A DNA stretch of 64,000 nucleotides from an uncultured Candidatus Saccharibacteria bacterium. GTDB taxonomy: Bacteria > Patescibacteriota > Minisyncoccia > Minisyncoccales > CAZVLR01. The notes under the pieces are model-generated. The model had not been told where the DNA came from. It did not search any database and was given only the letters and a program-made list of their open reading frames with translations. A program made the position numbers and the translations under genes. Below are positions 19,401-27,522 of the stretch, in pieces. The stretch's first letter is position 1. The number at the start of each line of letters is the position of its first letter. The DNA is taken from NCBI GenBank assembly GCA_964628095.1, contig CAZVLR010000001.1:56777-120776 (forward strand), read 5' to 3'.

Positions 19401-19879
19401 CTTGTATAATTATCGTTTTGCCAAGCAAATGAAATGCTGGCAGCTGTTTCCGTCGCTTGATAAGTATTAGTTTTTCCATCGGTTAAAACAAACCCGGTTT
19501 TTAAAGTTCCGGCTGAAAGAATAACTTCTTCTCCGGTATAAGCCTGGTAAGTTATGTATCCTCCCGCTTCGCTTCCAGTATTCGTGAGAGATATTAAACT
19601 TCCTGTACCAGTGCCACTAACATATCTTCCCGCCCGGATATTTACCGTATCTCCTGCGGCTAAATTTGTGTTGGCCTTAGAAATACTGCACCAAGGCGTA
19701 GTAATAACTTGGGCCTGAGTCGTAGTGTAAGAATCGTTACAGGCGCCCCCCACGCTGTCAACGTCAACATAATAGGTTGTTGCTTGGGCAAAAGAAAAAC
19801 TTCCTAAAAATAGGATGGTTAAAAATAAAAAACAACTGAGAATAAAATACTTTCTTATTTTTCTTTTGGTATAAAACAT
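16256..19879 (-). CDS. giant secreted beta-helix protein with internal SGNH-hydrolase domain and C-terminal peptidoglycan-binding (PG_binding_1) domain
   Basis: 1207 aa. N-terminal signal peptide. Many parallel beta-helix repeats (NN.F..N......). SGNH blocks (FLAFGDSLTAG, ILEGTNDTDD, DGVHTNATG). C-terminal YQGPEVKKLQELLKKLKFYSGKIGGYYGVLTRKAVIKFQRANKISPVGTVGPKTRAAL. Confidence 0.8.
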   Translation of the reverse strand: MFYTKRKIRKYFILSCFLFLTILFLGSFSFAQATTYYVDVDSVGGACNDSYTTTQAQVITTPWCSISKANTNLAAGDTVNIRAGRYVSGTGTGSLISLTNTGSEAGGYITYQAYTGEEVILSAGTLKTGFVLTDGKTNTYQATETAASISFAWQNDNYTRYTSTSSIALVEASASTYYLDAANDLLYVHTADGTNPDDHAIEVNRANYVVNITSTKSYVKLKDLKLRNAVAYSVYLQGSNVVVENCEIYDNGITGVFVSGGSNSIINSHSHHSVENGIYFATGTNEVEKSILNNNERTGVYINSTESTFNILNNIFYKNGTQSSYLSMRSGLFVLQGNGINVYNNTFYQNYYGLKVHTSADDIDIKNNVFNEAVADGVYLAGTSNVIFQNNNLYQNSTDVSYIHQADGVAIDTTNMSLDPLFTNAAAYDFTLQKDSPMIDAGATIADVADDYAGNLRTDAGAGNAYDIGAYEYENTISRPIITTNGGNGVGKNFSSTESTISLSGTTSASTETIKVNNSVSGVTYTAGATSWSYSGNLASGSNVFEIAATDGSSNVSGTTTITVIKPVSKKFLAFGDSLTAGVASNNYEAYRVLLDGKLETYYATSTDMVDGGEGGETSASAALRLVNSILETAPEAVFILEGTNDTDDLGTDANEIVARDNLRIMVEYAKSMGVTPILGLVSPIVVGVNSRTQADYDSTDDLNDLLRTMALEEDVVIADHWNTFIQDGWDYDLDTSDESGLLLDGVHTNATGSGIMATNWYNAWVYGKKLHNNRSQVSTNYAMDFDEINTVEIEATSTDVAPVTVYADELGSSYSKVRAQSFSQLTLNFTDLTSSSNYDLFIDSSFSQKYSANANGDLSFSRTNTPSSTTTFELYVSIPPVLSAGSPTGSSFGTSQTLSVATDEAATCRYSTTASTTYALMTSTFSTTGSTLHSQPLTSLGPATHTFYVRCSDSLSNANTNDYIITFTVASQGSGGASGGASPSQTGTVTSYFNSQSFVSAQIEPNTLAGVYSFQIQTKDQNQVSQITNSASLPQALNIVPSLSANYQIVSGGQQITSFSKPISIYIHYQESDVLNFIESTLKIYYFNEQTKQWIPLDSQLNINTNEISAQVNHLTLFVVMGENKGQIVIPAPPFKFTKYLYSDYQGPEVKKLQELLKKLKFYSGKIGGYYGVLTRKAVIKFQRANKISPVGTVGPKTRAALNKKL

Positions 19880-20033
19880 TAATTTTTTACTGACTGGTAC
19901 GGTTTAACAAAAAATAACCGGTCAAAATTCTTTTTAATAATTGTATCATAAAAAATACGTTTCTGCAAAAATTTAATCGGAGAATAATTATTTATTAATT
20001 ATGTTAATATTTAAAAATTTTAATCGTTCTAAT

Positions 20034-20423
20034 CTTTTTTGGCTGGGTATCTGTATTAATATCTGCATATATTCTGTACATCCCCTTCTGGCACGCCCCC
20101 TGGAAACTTCTTCTTTCTCTCTTCTCTTAACTTTTACCCCCCCCAATAACAAAAGGCTGTTGAAGCAATTTCAACAGCCTTTCTCTTTTAATGTTTGACT
20201 ATTGTTAGAGCTTTTTATTCAGCGCCGCCCGGGTTTTGGGCCCCACCGTCCCCACCGGGCTTATTTTATTAGCCCTTTGGAATTTAATTACCGCCTTCCG
20301 GGTTAAAACGCCGTAATACCCGCCAATCTTTCCTGAGTAGAATTTCAACTTTTTTAAGAGCTCTTGCAGTTTTTTAACCTCTGGACCCTGGTAGTCGGAA
20401 TAAAGGTACTTGGTAAATTTAAA
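20034..20423. repeat. copy B of the duplicated segment; small-ORF remnant lacks start codon, RBS and promoter
   Basis: Identical run from the TTTTTTGGCTGGGTATCTG through the terminator hairpin and into the last ~75 codons of the 20205..23339 gene. Confidence 0.8.
20152..20182. terminator. second copy of the 13-bp-stem bidirectional terminator
   Basis: Same hairpin sequence as 16203..16233. Confidence 0.6.
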
Positions 20424-23339
20424 GGCGGACTCGGAAACTATGGCTGTTTTTTTCTCACCCATTAAAGCAAACAGGCTAAGATGATTTACACTGGCAGCAA
20501 CCTTGTTGTTAACCATATCTAAAAAGTTATTCAACAGGGCTTCCCATTTTTTATCTTGCTCATTGTACCAAAAAATCTTAAGCGTCTCTTCTTTGTAGTC
20601 TTGAACTTCTTGATCGGTATATTGAAAAGTAATCGTTAAGGGTTTTGAAAAAGAAGAAACTGCTATACCGTTGGAAGTTATCGAATAATCCGCCACCAGC
20701 TGCGAAACAATCTGAGTATTTGCACTGAGCATTGACGCATTGTTAGTTAACTGCTGAACCTGAGCAGAATCTTTAGGAACAATAGAAACTATAGCAGAAT
20801 TAATATTCTGAGCCGGAATCTCTATCTTGGTGAAACTTTGATTGGTAAAATTATATAAAGTGCTGGTTGGGCCATTAGAAGATACCGTGGTCGAACCATT
20901 GCCTGTTTCTGGCAAAACAATAGGCGGACTAAAGGTGGTTGCTGAGCCACCGCCACTGCAACCGCTGTTATTTTCAAAACTGGTAATGGTGGTAAAATCG
21001 CTCTCGAAAGCATCCCTATTTTTAGCTTTTACCCGAAAATTATAACTGGCTCCATCCCCGCAGCTAAGGCCCGAAGAAATCCAAGAAGTATCCGTTATCC
21101 AGCCAGAATTAGTGCCTTCGGTTATGTTTTCAACGTAATAATAGGTGCCGGCCGGGTTGGAATTGGCCGACCAAGAAACAGTGGCTCCGTGAGAGGCCGA
21201 GTTAGGGGTTACGGTGACGCTAGAGGGCGTATACACCCTCTCGGTAACCTCAAAGGTTTTGATGGAATATCCCCCGTTATAAGTAAAGGTAATTTGGCCG
21301 GAACCGTTGGAGAGATAATTTCCCAAACTAACACTGTCAACCAAAACCGTATAATAAGTATCTGCCCCAAGATCTCCAATCGTATGAACGGAAACAATAC
21401 TTGAGGTAGCACTGGTTTCAATCCATTTTTTATAATAAGTTGAAGAAGTGCTCCAATTTTTAACAGTAATATCCATCCAACTGCTATAATCGGCTAAGGG
21501 CCAGCCCGAGCTTGGAGCAATATTAAAATCAGCAACCGTGCTGGTAGCGCCAGTACCGGTGGCGCTGGTATAACGGAATTTACCATTAGAATATATTCTA
21601 AGAGGCGAAGAAACGTCAAAGTCGTTGGTGCCAGCAGTATACGGAGGCTGATATTCATAAGCGCCAATATCTGGGGTGCCGTAAATAGGGTTGCCGAGAT
21701 AATCAGCGGTTAAGCCCACATTGGTCCCTGCATCAATAGCCGGCGAAGTTGAAAGCAAGCTTAAAGAATTGGTCGAAGTGCTGGTATAATCGGGATCATC
21801 AATAATTGAATTGGTATCGTAGCCCAAAGCCTGCCAAGTCGCTACCAAACCGGCCTGGTGCCCGTCGGCATTTGCAAAAATATAGCCAGTATCTGTTTCT
21901 GAACCGTTCCAAAAAAGATTATAGTTGGAAACGTGATCAGTGCCAAGGTAAAAATCTACTGGGTGGGCTGAGGCATCCGTATATTCGATGGCATTATTTT
22001 TAATCCATGTTTCGTTGGTTGTCCAGCCGGCAACACTACTAGCCCCGTTAATAATTGAACTGCTGGTTCGATTCTGATAAAAAGAATTATTGTAAATAAT
22101 AGCGCTGTCTTGGCCCTTAGCCGCAATTACTACGCCCTGCTGATTAATAAAAATATTATTATAAATTCCGTATTGATGATTTAAATCAAGATTCAGCCCG
22201 GTTGAATCTTGGTCCCTAAGGCCCATGCCAATACCAAGACCGACAACCTTATTCCGATAAAAAGAAGTTGGGCAATCAAACTGGCCAGCATGATTGCTGT
22301 CATTTTCTGCGCCAAGATAACCGGTAAAAGTATTGTCGTAAACAAGAGCCGGAGAAGCCATATTCCAGGCGCCCAGAATAAGCGCTCCGCCGGCGGCAGA
22401 ATATCCGGTAACTGTAAAAGAATTATCGTAAACCGAAGCTGAAGTAACGGTTGGATAAGACGTACCATTAATTGTTATAATACCAGGCCCGTTATTATCT
22501 TTTGTAAAAATATTATCGTAAACTAAAATATTATCCCAATTAAGAGAATTGCATAAACCGCCGGCCCCGGAATTGGTCCAAATGTTATCGTGGATAATAA
22601 GATCAGAACCGGCCAAAACGGTTGTTCGGTAATTGTTATCTTCATATATTAATGGAGCCACAATATTATTAGAAGTATCGTTTATGTTTTTTATTTCCAA
22701 AGAGTTCAAGGCCGCCCTTATTTGAAAAATGCCATTATTGGCAGCTGTTTCAGCCCAATCATTTATCGTTAAATTATCCAATATAATGCTATAATTGGAA
22801 GAAGTCTGTGGAGAATAAAAAAATCTAGTTGTTGTAGCAAAGTCAGTTGAATTGTTTATGGTGCAGTCTTTAAAATTAATCGTGCCTCCGGATCCTGCTT
22901 CAAGGCTGGTAGTAAATACGTGAGTGATTGTCAGTCCGGCTACATCGGCATCAAATAAAATATCTTGAAAAGTAACGGTGTTTGAGCCGATCGAAGATAA
23001 ATCAACCGTAATAGCAATACTTAAACCATTTGAATTAATTTCTGCCCCGGCCCCATAAGCTATCCAAGTGCCGCCGTTTATAGTTACCAAAGAAGCCGGA
23101 CTAAAAGTGCCAGTAATATAAATAGTGTCACCATTGGTTGTTACTGCTCCGTCGGCATCCTCTAATTGATCAAAGGGGGCGGTAGCGCCAGAACACACTG
23201 AAGTGCTACCATCTCCTGGAGTGGCGCAAGTTGAATCAATATAAAATGTTGCCGCCTTGATTCTTTCAAAAGTAAAAAGACAGTTAAAAAATAATGCTAA
23301 TAAAAAAATAATTCTTAAATATTTAAATTTTAACCTCAT
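20205..23339 (-). CDS. giant secreted beta-helix protein with C-terminal peptidoglycan-binding domain (paralog of 16256..19879)
   Basis: 1044 aa. Signal peptide. Beta-helix repeats (NNIFINQ, NNSFYQN, YDN.FT). C-terminal ~75 aa are identical to the paralog. Confidence 0.8.
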   Translation of the reverse strand: MRLKFKYLRIIFLLALFFNCLFTFERIKAATFYIDSTCATPGDGSTSVCSGATAPFDQLEDADGAVTTNGDTIYITGTFSPASLVTINGGTWIAYGAGAEINSNGLSIAITVDLSSIGSNTVTFQDILFDADVAGLTITHVFTTSLEAGSGGTINFKDCTINNSTDFATTTRFFYSPQTSSNYSIILDNLTINDWAETAANNGIFQIRAALNSLEIKNINDTSNNIVAPLIYEDNNYRTTVLAGSDLIIHDNIWTNSGAGGLCNSLNWDNILVYDNIFTKDNNGPGIITINGTSYPTVTSASVYDNSFTVTGYSAAGGALILGAWNMASPALVYDNTFTGYLGAENDSNHAGQFDCPTSFYRNKVVGLGIGMGLRDQDSTGLNLDLNHQYGIYNNIFINQQGVVIAAKGQDSAIIYNNSFYQNRTSSSIINGASSVAGWTTNETWIKNNAIEYTDASAHPVDFYLGTDHVSNYNLFWNGSETDTGYIFANADGHQAGLVATWQALGYDTNSIIDDPDYTSTSTNSLSLLSTSPAIDAGTNVGLTADYLGNPIYGTPDIGAYEYQPPYTAGTNDFDVSSPLRIYSNGKFRYTSATGTGATSTVADFNIAPSSGWPLADYSSWMDITVKNWSTSSTYYKKWIETSATSSIVSVHTIGDLGADTYYTVLVDSVSLGNYLSNGSGQITFTYNGGYSIKTFEVTERVYTPSSVTVTPNSASHGATVSWSANSNPAGTYYYVENITEGTNSGWITDTSWISSGLSCGDGASYNFRVKAKNRDAFESDFTTITSFENNSGCSGGGSATTFSPPIVLPETGNGSTTVSSNGPTSTLYNFTNQSFTKIEIPAQNINSAIVSIVPKDSAQVQQLTNNASMLSANTQIVSQLVADYSITSNGIAVSSFSKPLTITFQYTDQEVQDYKEETLKIFWYNEQDKKWEALLNNFLDMVNNKVAASVNHLSLFALMGEKKTAIVSESAFKFTKYLYSDYQGPEVKKLQELLKKLKFYSGKIGGYYGVLTRKAVIKFQRANKISPVGTVGPKTRAALNKKL

Positions 23340-23425
23340 TATGTATATAATAACAAATTTTTAATCTTTTTAAAGAGTAAATTATTAACAGCGGGATAAA
23401 ATTTATCTATATATTAAAAAAGCAC

Positions 23426-23468
23426 CTTAACTTCTAAAAAGGGCCCCGACATATTAATAATTGTCGGG
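23426..23468. terminator. rho-independent terminator downstream of the DUF5667-like gene
   Basis: GGGCCCCGACA / TGTCGGGGCCC stem with a 10-nt loop. T-runs on both sides. Confidence 0.55.
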
Positions 23469-23500
23469 GCCCTTTTCTTTAATCTTAAACAAATTAAGAG

Positions 23501-24700
23501 TTAGCTATTGTTTCTATTTCTTTGTATTCTGCTGGCGTTGCCTTCTTCTTTACCGTTCTCTTTGTTATTATTGTACTTATTATTCTCCTCGCCACTATTA
23601 CTATTATCACCTTCAAACCCTTGCTCTTGTATTTTTTCTTCAAAATGCTGAATTCTGTCATTTATAATCTCGATTTTTTCCAAATTAGTAATAATTTTAA
23701 TATTGGTTAGAGATTTGGCAAAAATAGCCAATCTCATAGCAACCTGGCTGGCCCTAAAAGAGTCTTCGTATTTGGATTCTTGATATAACTTTCTCGCCTC
23801 TTCTAGTTTATTTTTGGCTTCCTGCAATTTTAAATTGGCCTTTTCCAAAAGCGCCGGTTCAACCTTTTGCGCTTCTACCTCAATAAATTTTGCGGCTTGG
23901 TCAATTTTATTCTGAACCGAATCAATTTTATTTTGGGCGGCCACCTGAAGGGTCGAACTCGCCACTTCGTCTTTTTCATCTTCGTCTATTTCATCGCTTT
24001 CTGTTTCTTTTTCATCTTCTAAATCTTTAATTTTCTCTAAGGCATTATCGATTCTTTCTCGATTCTGCTCTTTTACCTTCTCGCGATTCTGCTCTAATTC
24101 CGCTTTGTAAACGCTGAGTGCGTTTAACAGTTCGGCGTTTGACTCTAGAGATTTAACCGTTTCTTTTTGCGCCCTGAGCTTTTGAGAATTCTCAGCTGCT
24201 TTTTCTATGTTTTTATTAAAATTATCCAGGGCTTTATCCATTTTTTCCGTTAATTCTCCGCTCGTTGCATTTTGGCTTGCTTCAATTAATTTGTTAATTT
24301 CCTCCATTCTCTTTTGGGCAAATTTAATCCTAAGTTGATTTTTGTTTTCCTCGTTAAAAGACAAAGACACCTGGGCATCTTCTGATAAAATTTTAACCGG
24401 GTACAAGATATCGCCGGGCAAGCTGCCCTGGGAAGCGGCAACAGTACCGACGGTTCCGCCGCCCAACAAAGCAATAATTAATAAAATAGGAATTATAGGC
24501 ATAGTTTTTATTTTAAATATATTAAATATGTTTGACCTTTCTTTGTTTAAAAGACGCTCCCTTTTAACTGCTTTTTCATCAAAAGGATGGCTTTCCATAT
24601 GCGTTACTAAGTTTTTGCGCAAATTAACAATAAAACTGCTCTCTGTTTTAGAGCTTTTTAAAAGTTTAAAGAGTTTTTTAATGTTAATTACCTTTTTCAT
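23501..24700 (-). CDS. coiled-coil membrane protein, putative anti-sigma factor (DUF5667-like)
   Basis: One TM (PIIPILLIIALLGG), followed by DILYPVK. Long coiled-coil. Asn-rich C-terminal tail. Translationally overlapped (17 nt) by the upstream sigma factor gene. Confidence 0.45.
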   Translation of the reverse strand: MKKVINIKKLFKLLKSSKTESSFIVNLRKNLVTHMESHPFDEKAVKRERLLNKERSNIFNIFKIKTMPIIPILLIIALLGGGTVGTVAASQGSLPGDILYPVKILSEDAQVSLSFNEENKNQLRIKFAQKRMEEINKLIEASQNATSGELTEKMDKALDNFNKNIEKAAENSQKLRAQKETVKSLESNAELLNALSVYKAELEQNREKVKEQNRERIDNALEKIKDLEDEKETESDEIDEDEKDEVASSTLQVAAQNKIDSVQNKIDQAAKFIEVEAQKVEPALLEKANLKLQEAKNKLEEARKLYQESKYEDSFRASQVAMRLAIFAKSLTNIKIITNLEKIEIINDRIQHFEEKIQEQGFEGDNSNSGEENNKYNNNKENGKEEGNASRIQRNRNNS

Positions 24701-25217
24701 TTATTTTTTTCTTTAAAAGTTTTACGGCCCGATGCGTTGTATTGTAAACGTATATTAAGCTTTTACCGGTTATCTCTTGCGTTTCTTTAATGGTTAAATC
24801 GTTAATATAGCGGCAGGTTAAAATATCCTTGTAATCCTGGGGCAAAGAATCGAATTCTTGCTTAATAAGGTTAAAATCAATAAGGGCTTCGGTGTTTTTT
24901 AAAAAAGCGTCTTTTAAGTCTTTTTGCTCTTTTAAATCTTCCAAAGGAATGGTTTTGTTCCTGGCTTTCTGGCGGTAATGATCAACAATTAAATTATGGG
25001 CGGTACGGTACAAAAAAGCCTTAAAGTTTTTAATCTTGTCCCCTGTTCTGATATAATTCCAGGTTCTGGTAAAAACCTCCGATGTCAGTTCTTCTGCTGT
25101 TTCTTTGCTGCTAACCCTAAAATAGATATGCTTTAAAATCTTTTCCGCATATTGGTCGTAAGCCAAAAGGAATTTTTTCTCCACTTCTTTTTTTATAATC
25201 GAGTTATCTTCCCACAT
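24684..25217 (-). CDS. RNA polymerase sigma-70 family (ECF-type) sigma factor
   Basis: Region 2 (FTRTWNYI...DHYRQ). Region 4 HTH (LTCRYINDLTIKETQEITGKSLIYVYNTTHRAVKKL). Confidence 0.75.
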   Translation of the reverse strand: MWEDNSIIKKEVEKKFLLAYDQYAEKILKHIYFRVSSKETAEELTSEVFTRTWNYIRTGDKIKNFKAFLYRTAHNLIVDHYRQKARNKTIPLEDLKEQKDLKDAFLKNTEALIDFNLIKQEFDSLPQDYKDILTCRYINDLTIKETQEITGKSLIYVYNTTHRAVKLLKKKINEKGN

Positions 25218-25251
25218 TGTATAAAGACGACGATAAATAAGAGATTTTTCA

Positions 25252-25623
25252 CTAATTAATTATCAAAAGAATCATTAAAAAGCCCAAGGCTATCCCTAAA
25301 ATAGACGTTAAAACATCATCGCGAGTAAAGCTTTTGTCTAATAATTCCTTGCCCAAAGATAAAACAATGCCGGCAACCAAAGCCGCCATCAATGCAAAAA
25401 CACCCGAGGCGCTTAAAAGGTATTTATATAAAGAAAAAATTGCGGCCATAAACAGAATAATGATTACTACCTTAAAAACATAGTGCCAGGGACGGCCCCA
25501 TTTAAAAAAGAAGTTAATGGGCGATGTTTGCTCGTGGATATAGCGATCGGGATCGCTTTTTAAAAACAGCCAACCACACAAAGCAATTAAAATTAAAATA
25601 ACGGATACAATAAGAATGAGCAT
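25252..25623 (-). CDS. hypothetical membrane protein (3-4 TM)
   Basis: Hydrophobic 123-aa ORF. Confidence 0.4.
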   Translation of the reverse strand: MLILIVSVILILIALCGWLFLKSDPDRYIHEQTSPINFFFKWGRPWHYVFKVVIIILFMAAIFSLYKYLLSASGVFALMAALVAGIVLSLGKELLDKSFTRDDVLTSILGIALGFLMILLIIN

Positions 25624-25641
25624 AATTTAAACTTTACAAAT

Positions 25642-25715
25642 TGGCTGCGGGGCTTGGATTCGAACCAAGATTGATGGCTTCAAAGGCCACTGTCCTACCA
25701 TTAGACGACCCCGCA
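25642..25715 (-). tRNA. tRNA-Gln (anticodon TTG)
   Basis: Cloverleaf reading TGCGGGG-TCGTCTAATGGTAGGAC-AGTGGCCTTTGAAGCCAT-CAAT-CTTGGTTCGAATCCAAG-CCCCGCA-G-CCA. U1:A72 and G73 are as expected for tRNA-Gln. CCA is encoded. Confidence 0.8.
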
Positions 25716-26813
25716 AGATTCAATCACTGCCAACTCTAAGGGCAGCTGGATTATGGGCGAATAGCGCATTTTGTTTTCCGCCTCCAAGAATAAATTAATA
25801 ATGTTCTTTAATTGCGCCTCCTGGAAAGCTGCTGAATGGTTTTTTAACCTTAGCAACTCTTCTTTGGTAAAACCGGCGATAATCGAACCGGAAAGCTCCT
25901 GGCCCGCAATCTTTAAAATCAAAACCTGGCGCAGATAGTTTATCAAAGATTTGGCAAACTCCTGCACGTCCTGACCGCCGTTGGTAATTTCGTTTAACAA
26001 ATTAATCGCCTCGGGCGCCTTTTTTTGCGCCAGATAATCGCAAAAATCAGCCACGGCTTTTAACTCTACCAATCCCAGAATGTTTTTAATGTCATTGGCC
26101 TTAATTTCGCCCCCGTTTTCTTTTGAGCCGGCAAAAGTTAAAGCCTGGTCGAACAAGCTTTCAGCATCGCGCACCGAACCGCCCGAGCTAATGGCAATCA
26201 TTTCCAAAGCCTCTTTTTCGACTTTTACTTTCTCTTTTTTCGCAATGATATCTAACCGGTTAATAATTTCAGGCAAAGTTAATTTTCGGAAATCAAACCG
26301 CTGGCAGCGGGAAATAATCGTAGGAATCATTTTATGAACCTCGGTGGTAGCCAGAATAAATATGGCGTGAGAAGGCGGCTCTTCCAAGGTTTTTAAAAGC
26401 GCGTTGGAGGCCTCTTTGGTTAATTGGTGCGATTCGTCGATAATAAAAACTTTGTATTTAGACTTAGAAGGAGCAAACCTTATCCCCTCTTTTAATTCGC
26501 GAATTTCATCAATGCCCCGGTGGGAAGCCGCATCAATTTCAATTAAATCCAACGCTCGCCCCTCGCTGATTTCCAAACACGATTCGCATTTGTTGCAAGG
26601 CTCGAATTCTCCATCCTTGCGGTTCTGGCAATTTAAGGTTTTGGCCAACAATCTGGCGGTGGTAGTTTTACCACAACCCCTGGGACCGCCAAACAAATAA
26701 GCATGGGATATCATACCCATGGAAATAGCGTTGGTCAAGGTTTGCACCACGTGCTCCTGGCCGACCAACTCTGCAAAAGTCTGCGGCCTGTATTTGCGGT
26801 AAATTACCGGCAT
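25701..26813 (-). CDS. dnaX: DNA polymerase III subunit gamma/tau (short form)
   Basis: MPVIYRKYRPQTFAELVGQEHV. Walker A GPRGCGKTT. Zinc module CQNRKDGEFEPCNKCESC. Stop codon TAA lies inside the tRNA-Gln D-loop. Confidence 0.85.
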   Translation of the reverse strand: MPVIYRKYRPQTFAELVGQEHVVQTLTNAISMGMISHAYLFGGPRGCGKTTTARLLAKTLNCQNRKDGEFEPCNKCESCLEISEGRALDLIEIDAASHRGIDEIRELKEGIRFAPSKSKYKVFIIDESHQLTKEASNALLKTLEEPPSHAIFILATTEVHKMIPTIISRCQRFDFRKLTLPEIINRLDIIAKKEKVKVEKEALEMIAISSGGSVRDAESLFDQALTFAGSKENGGEIKANDIKNILGLVELKAVADFCDYLAQKKAPEAINLLNEITNGGQDVQEFAKSLINYLRQVLILKIAGQELSGSIIAGFTKEELLRLKNHSAAFQEAQLKNIINLFLEAENKMRYSPIIQLPLELAVIESCGVV

Positions 26814-26816
26814 AAA

Positions 26817-27413
26817 TTACTTTTTAAAAACAATGAATTTGTAACCAATAAAGTTCCAGGTAAAAACTACTACGGTGGCGGCCAAGGCACCAATCGTACC
26901 CCAGAGTTTTTCGGTAATGCCAAATTTGGGCCCGATCATATTAACCACCACGCTGGCGATAACAACATTAATTACAAAGCCGACAATGGTAACCAAGAAA
27001 AATTGGCCAAATTCCTTGCCCATCCCCTTTTTCTCTGTTTGCTCAAAAGCCCAATACTTATCGACAAAATACTTAAAACAGGTAGCCACGATAAAAGAAA
27101 AACCTTTAAAAACCACGTAATAAAGCCCCTTATCGATTCCGTACTTTTCCATTAAAATGTTAAGCACGCCAATATCGGCGACAGTGGCTAAACCCCCAAC
27201 CAGCAAAAACTTGGCCAGTTGAAACACGAACAAAAACTTCTTTCCGATCAAATAGGCAATAAAAAGGCCAAAGAGCGCCAAAAGAGGCAATAAAATTGCC
27301 AAAGCGGGCAGTAAAGGGGCTATTTTAACCCCGGCGTTTACCAGGATAAAATAAAAGAACAAGGCGACCGCCTCGCCAATGCCCAAACTGAAAATAATGT
27401 CTATTTTTTTCAT
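26817..27413 (-). CDS. GtrA-family membrane protein
   Basis: FLLVGGLATVADIGVLNIL ... KYWAFE, with additional N-terminal TM helices. Confidence 0.5.
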   Translation of the reverse strand: MKKIDIIFSLGIGEAVALFFYFILVNAGVKIAPLLPALAILLPLLALFGLFIAYLIGKKFLFVFQLAKFLLVGGLATVADIGVLNILMEKYGIDKGLYYVVFKGFSFIVATCFKYFVDKYWAFEQTEKKGMGKEFGQFFLVTIVGFVINVVIASVVVNMIGPKFGITEKLWGTIGALAATVVVFTWNFIGYKFIVFKK

Positions 27414-27522
27414 AAGATATTATTCAACTTATTAATTTATTAATTATTCTATTTTAACCTTTAAAAAACCTTAAATCAAGGTTGAGGTTTTATTAAAAAA
27501 AGATTAGAATAAAATAACTGTT

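Noticed and set aside
20001-20198. 65-aa + strand ORF in duplicated copy B.
   Set aside because: It reads through the terminator hairpin in a different frame from the copy-A small ORF. The homologous frame has no start codon, RBS or promoter in copy B. Treated as a degenerate remnant, not a gene.
27414-27522. Possible T-box or leader upstream of cysS.
   Set aside because: At ~108 nt with no recognisable specifier or antiterminator structure, it is too short for a T-box riboswitch.
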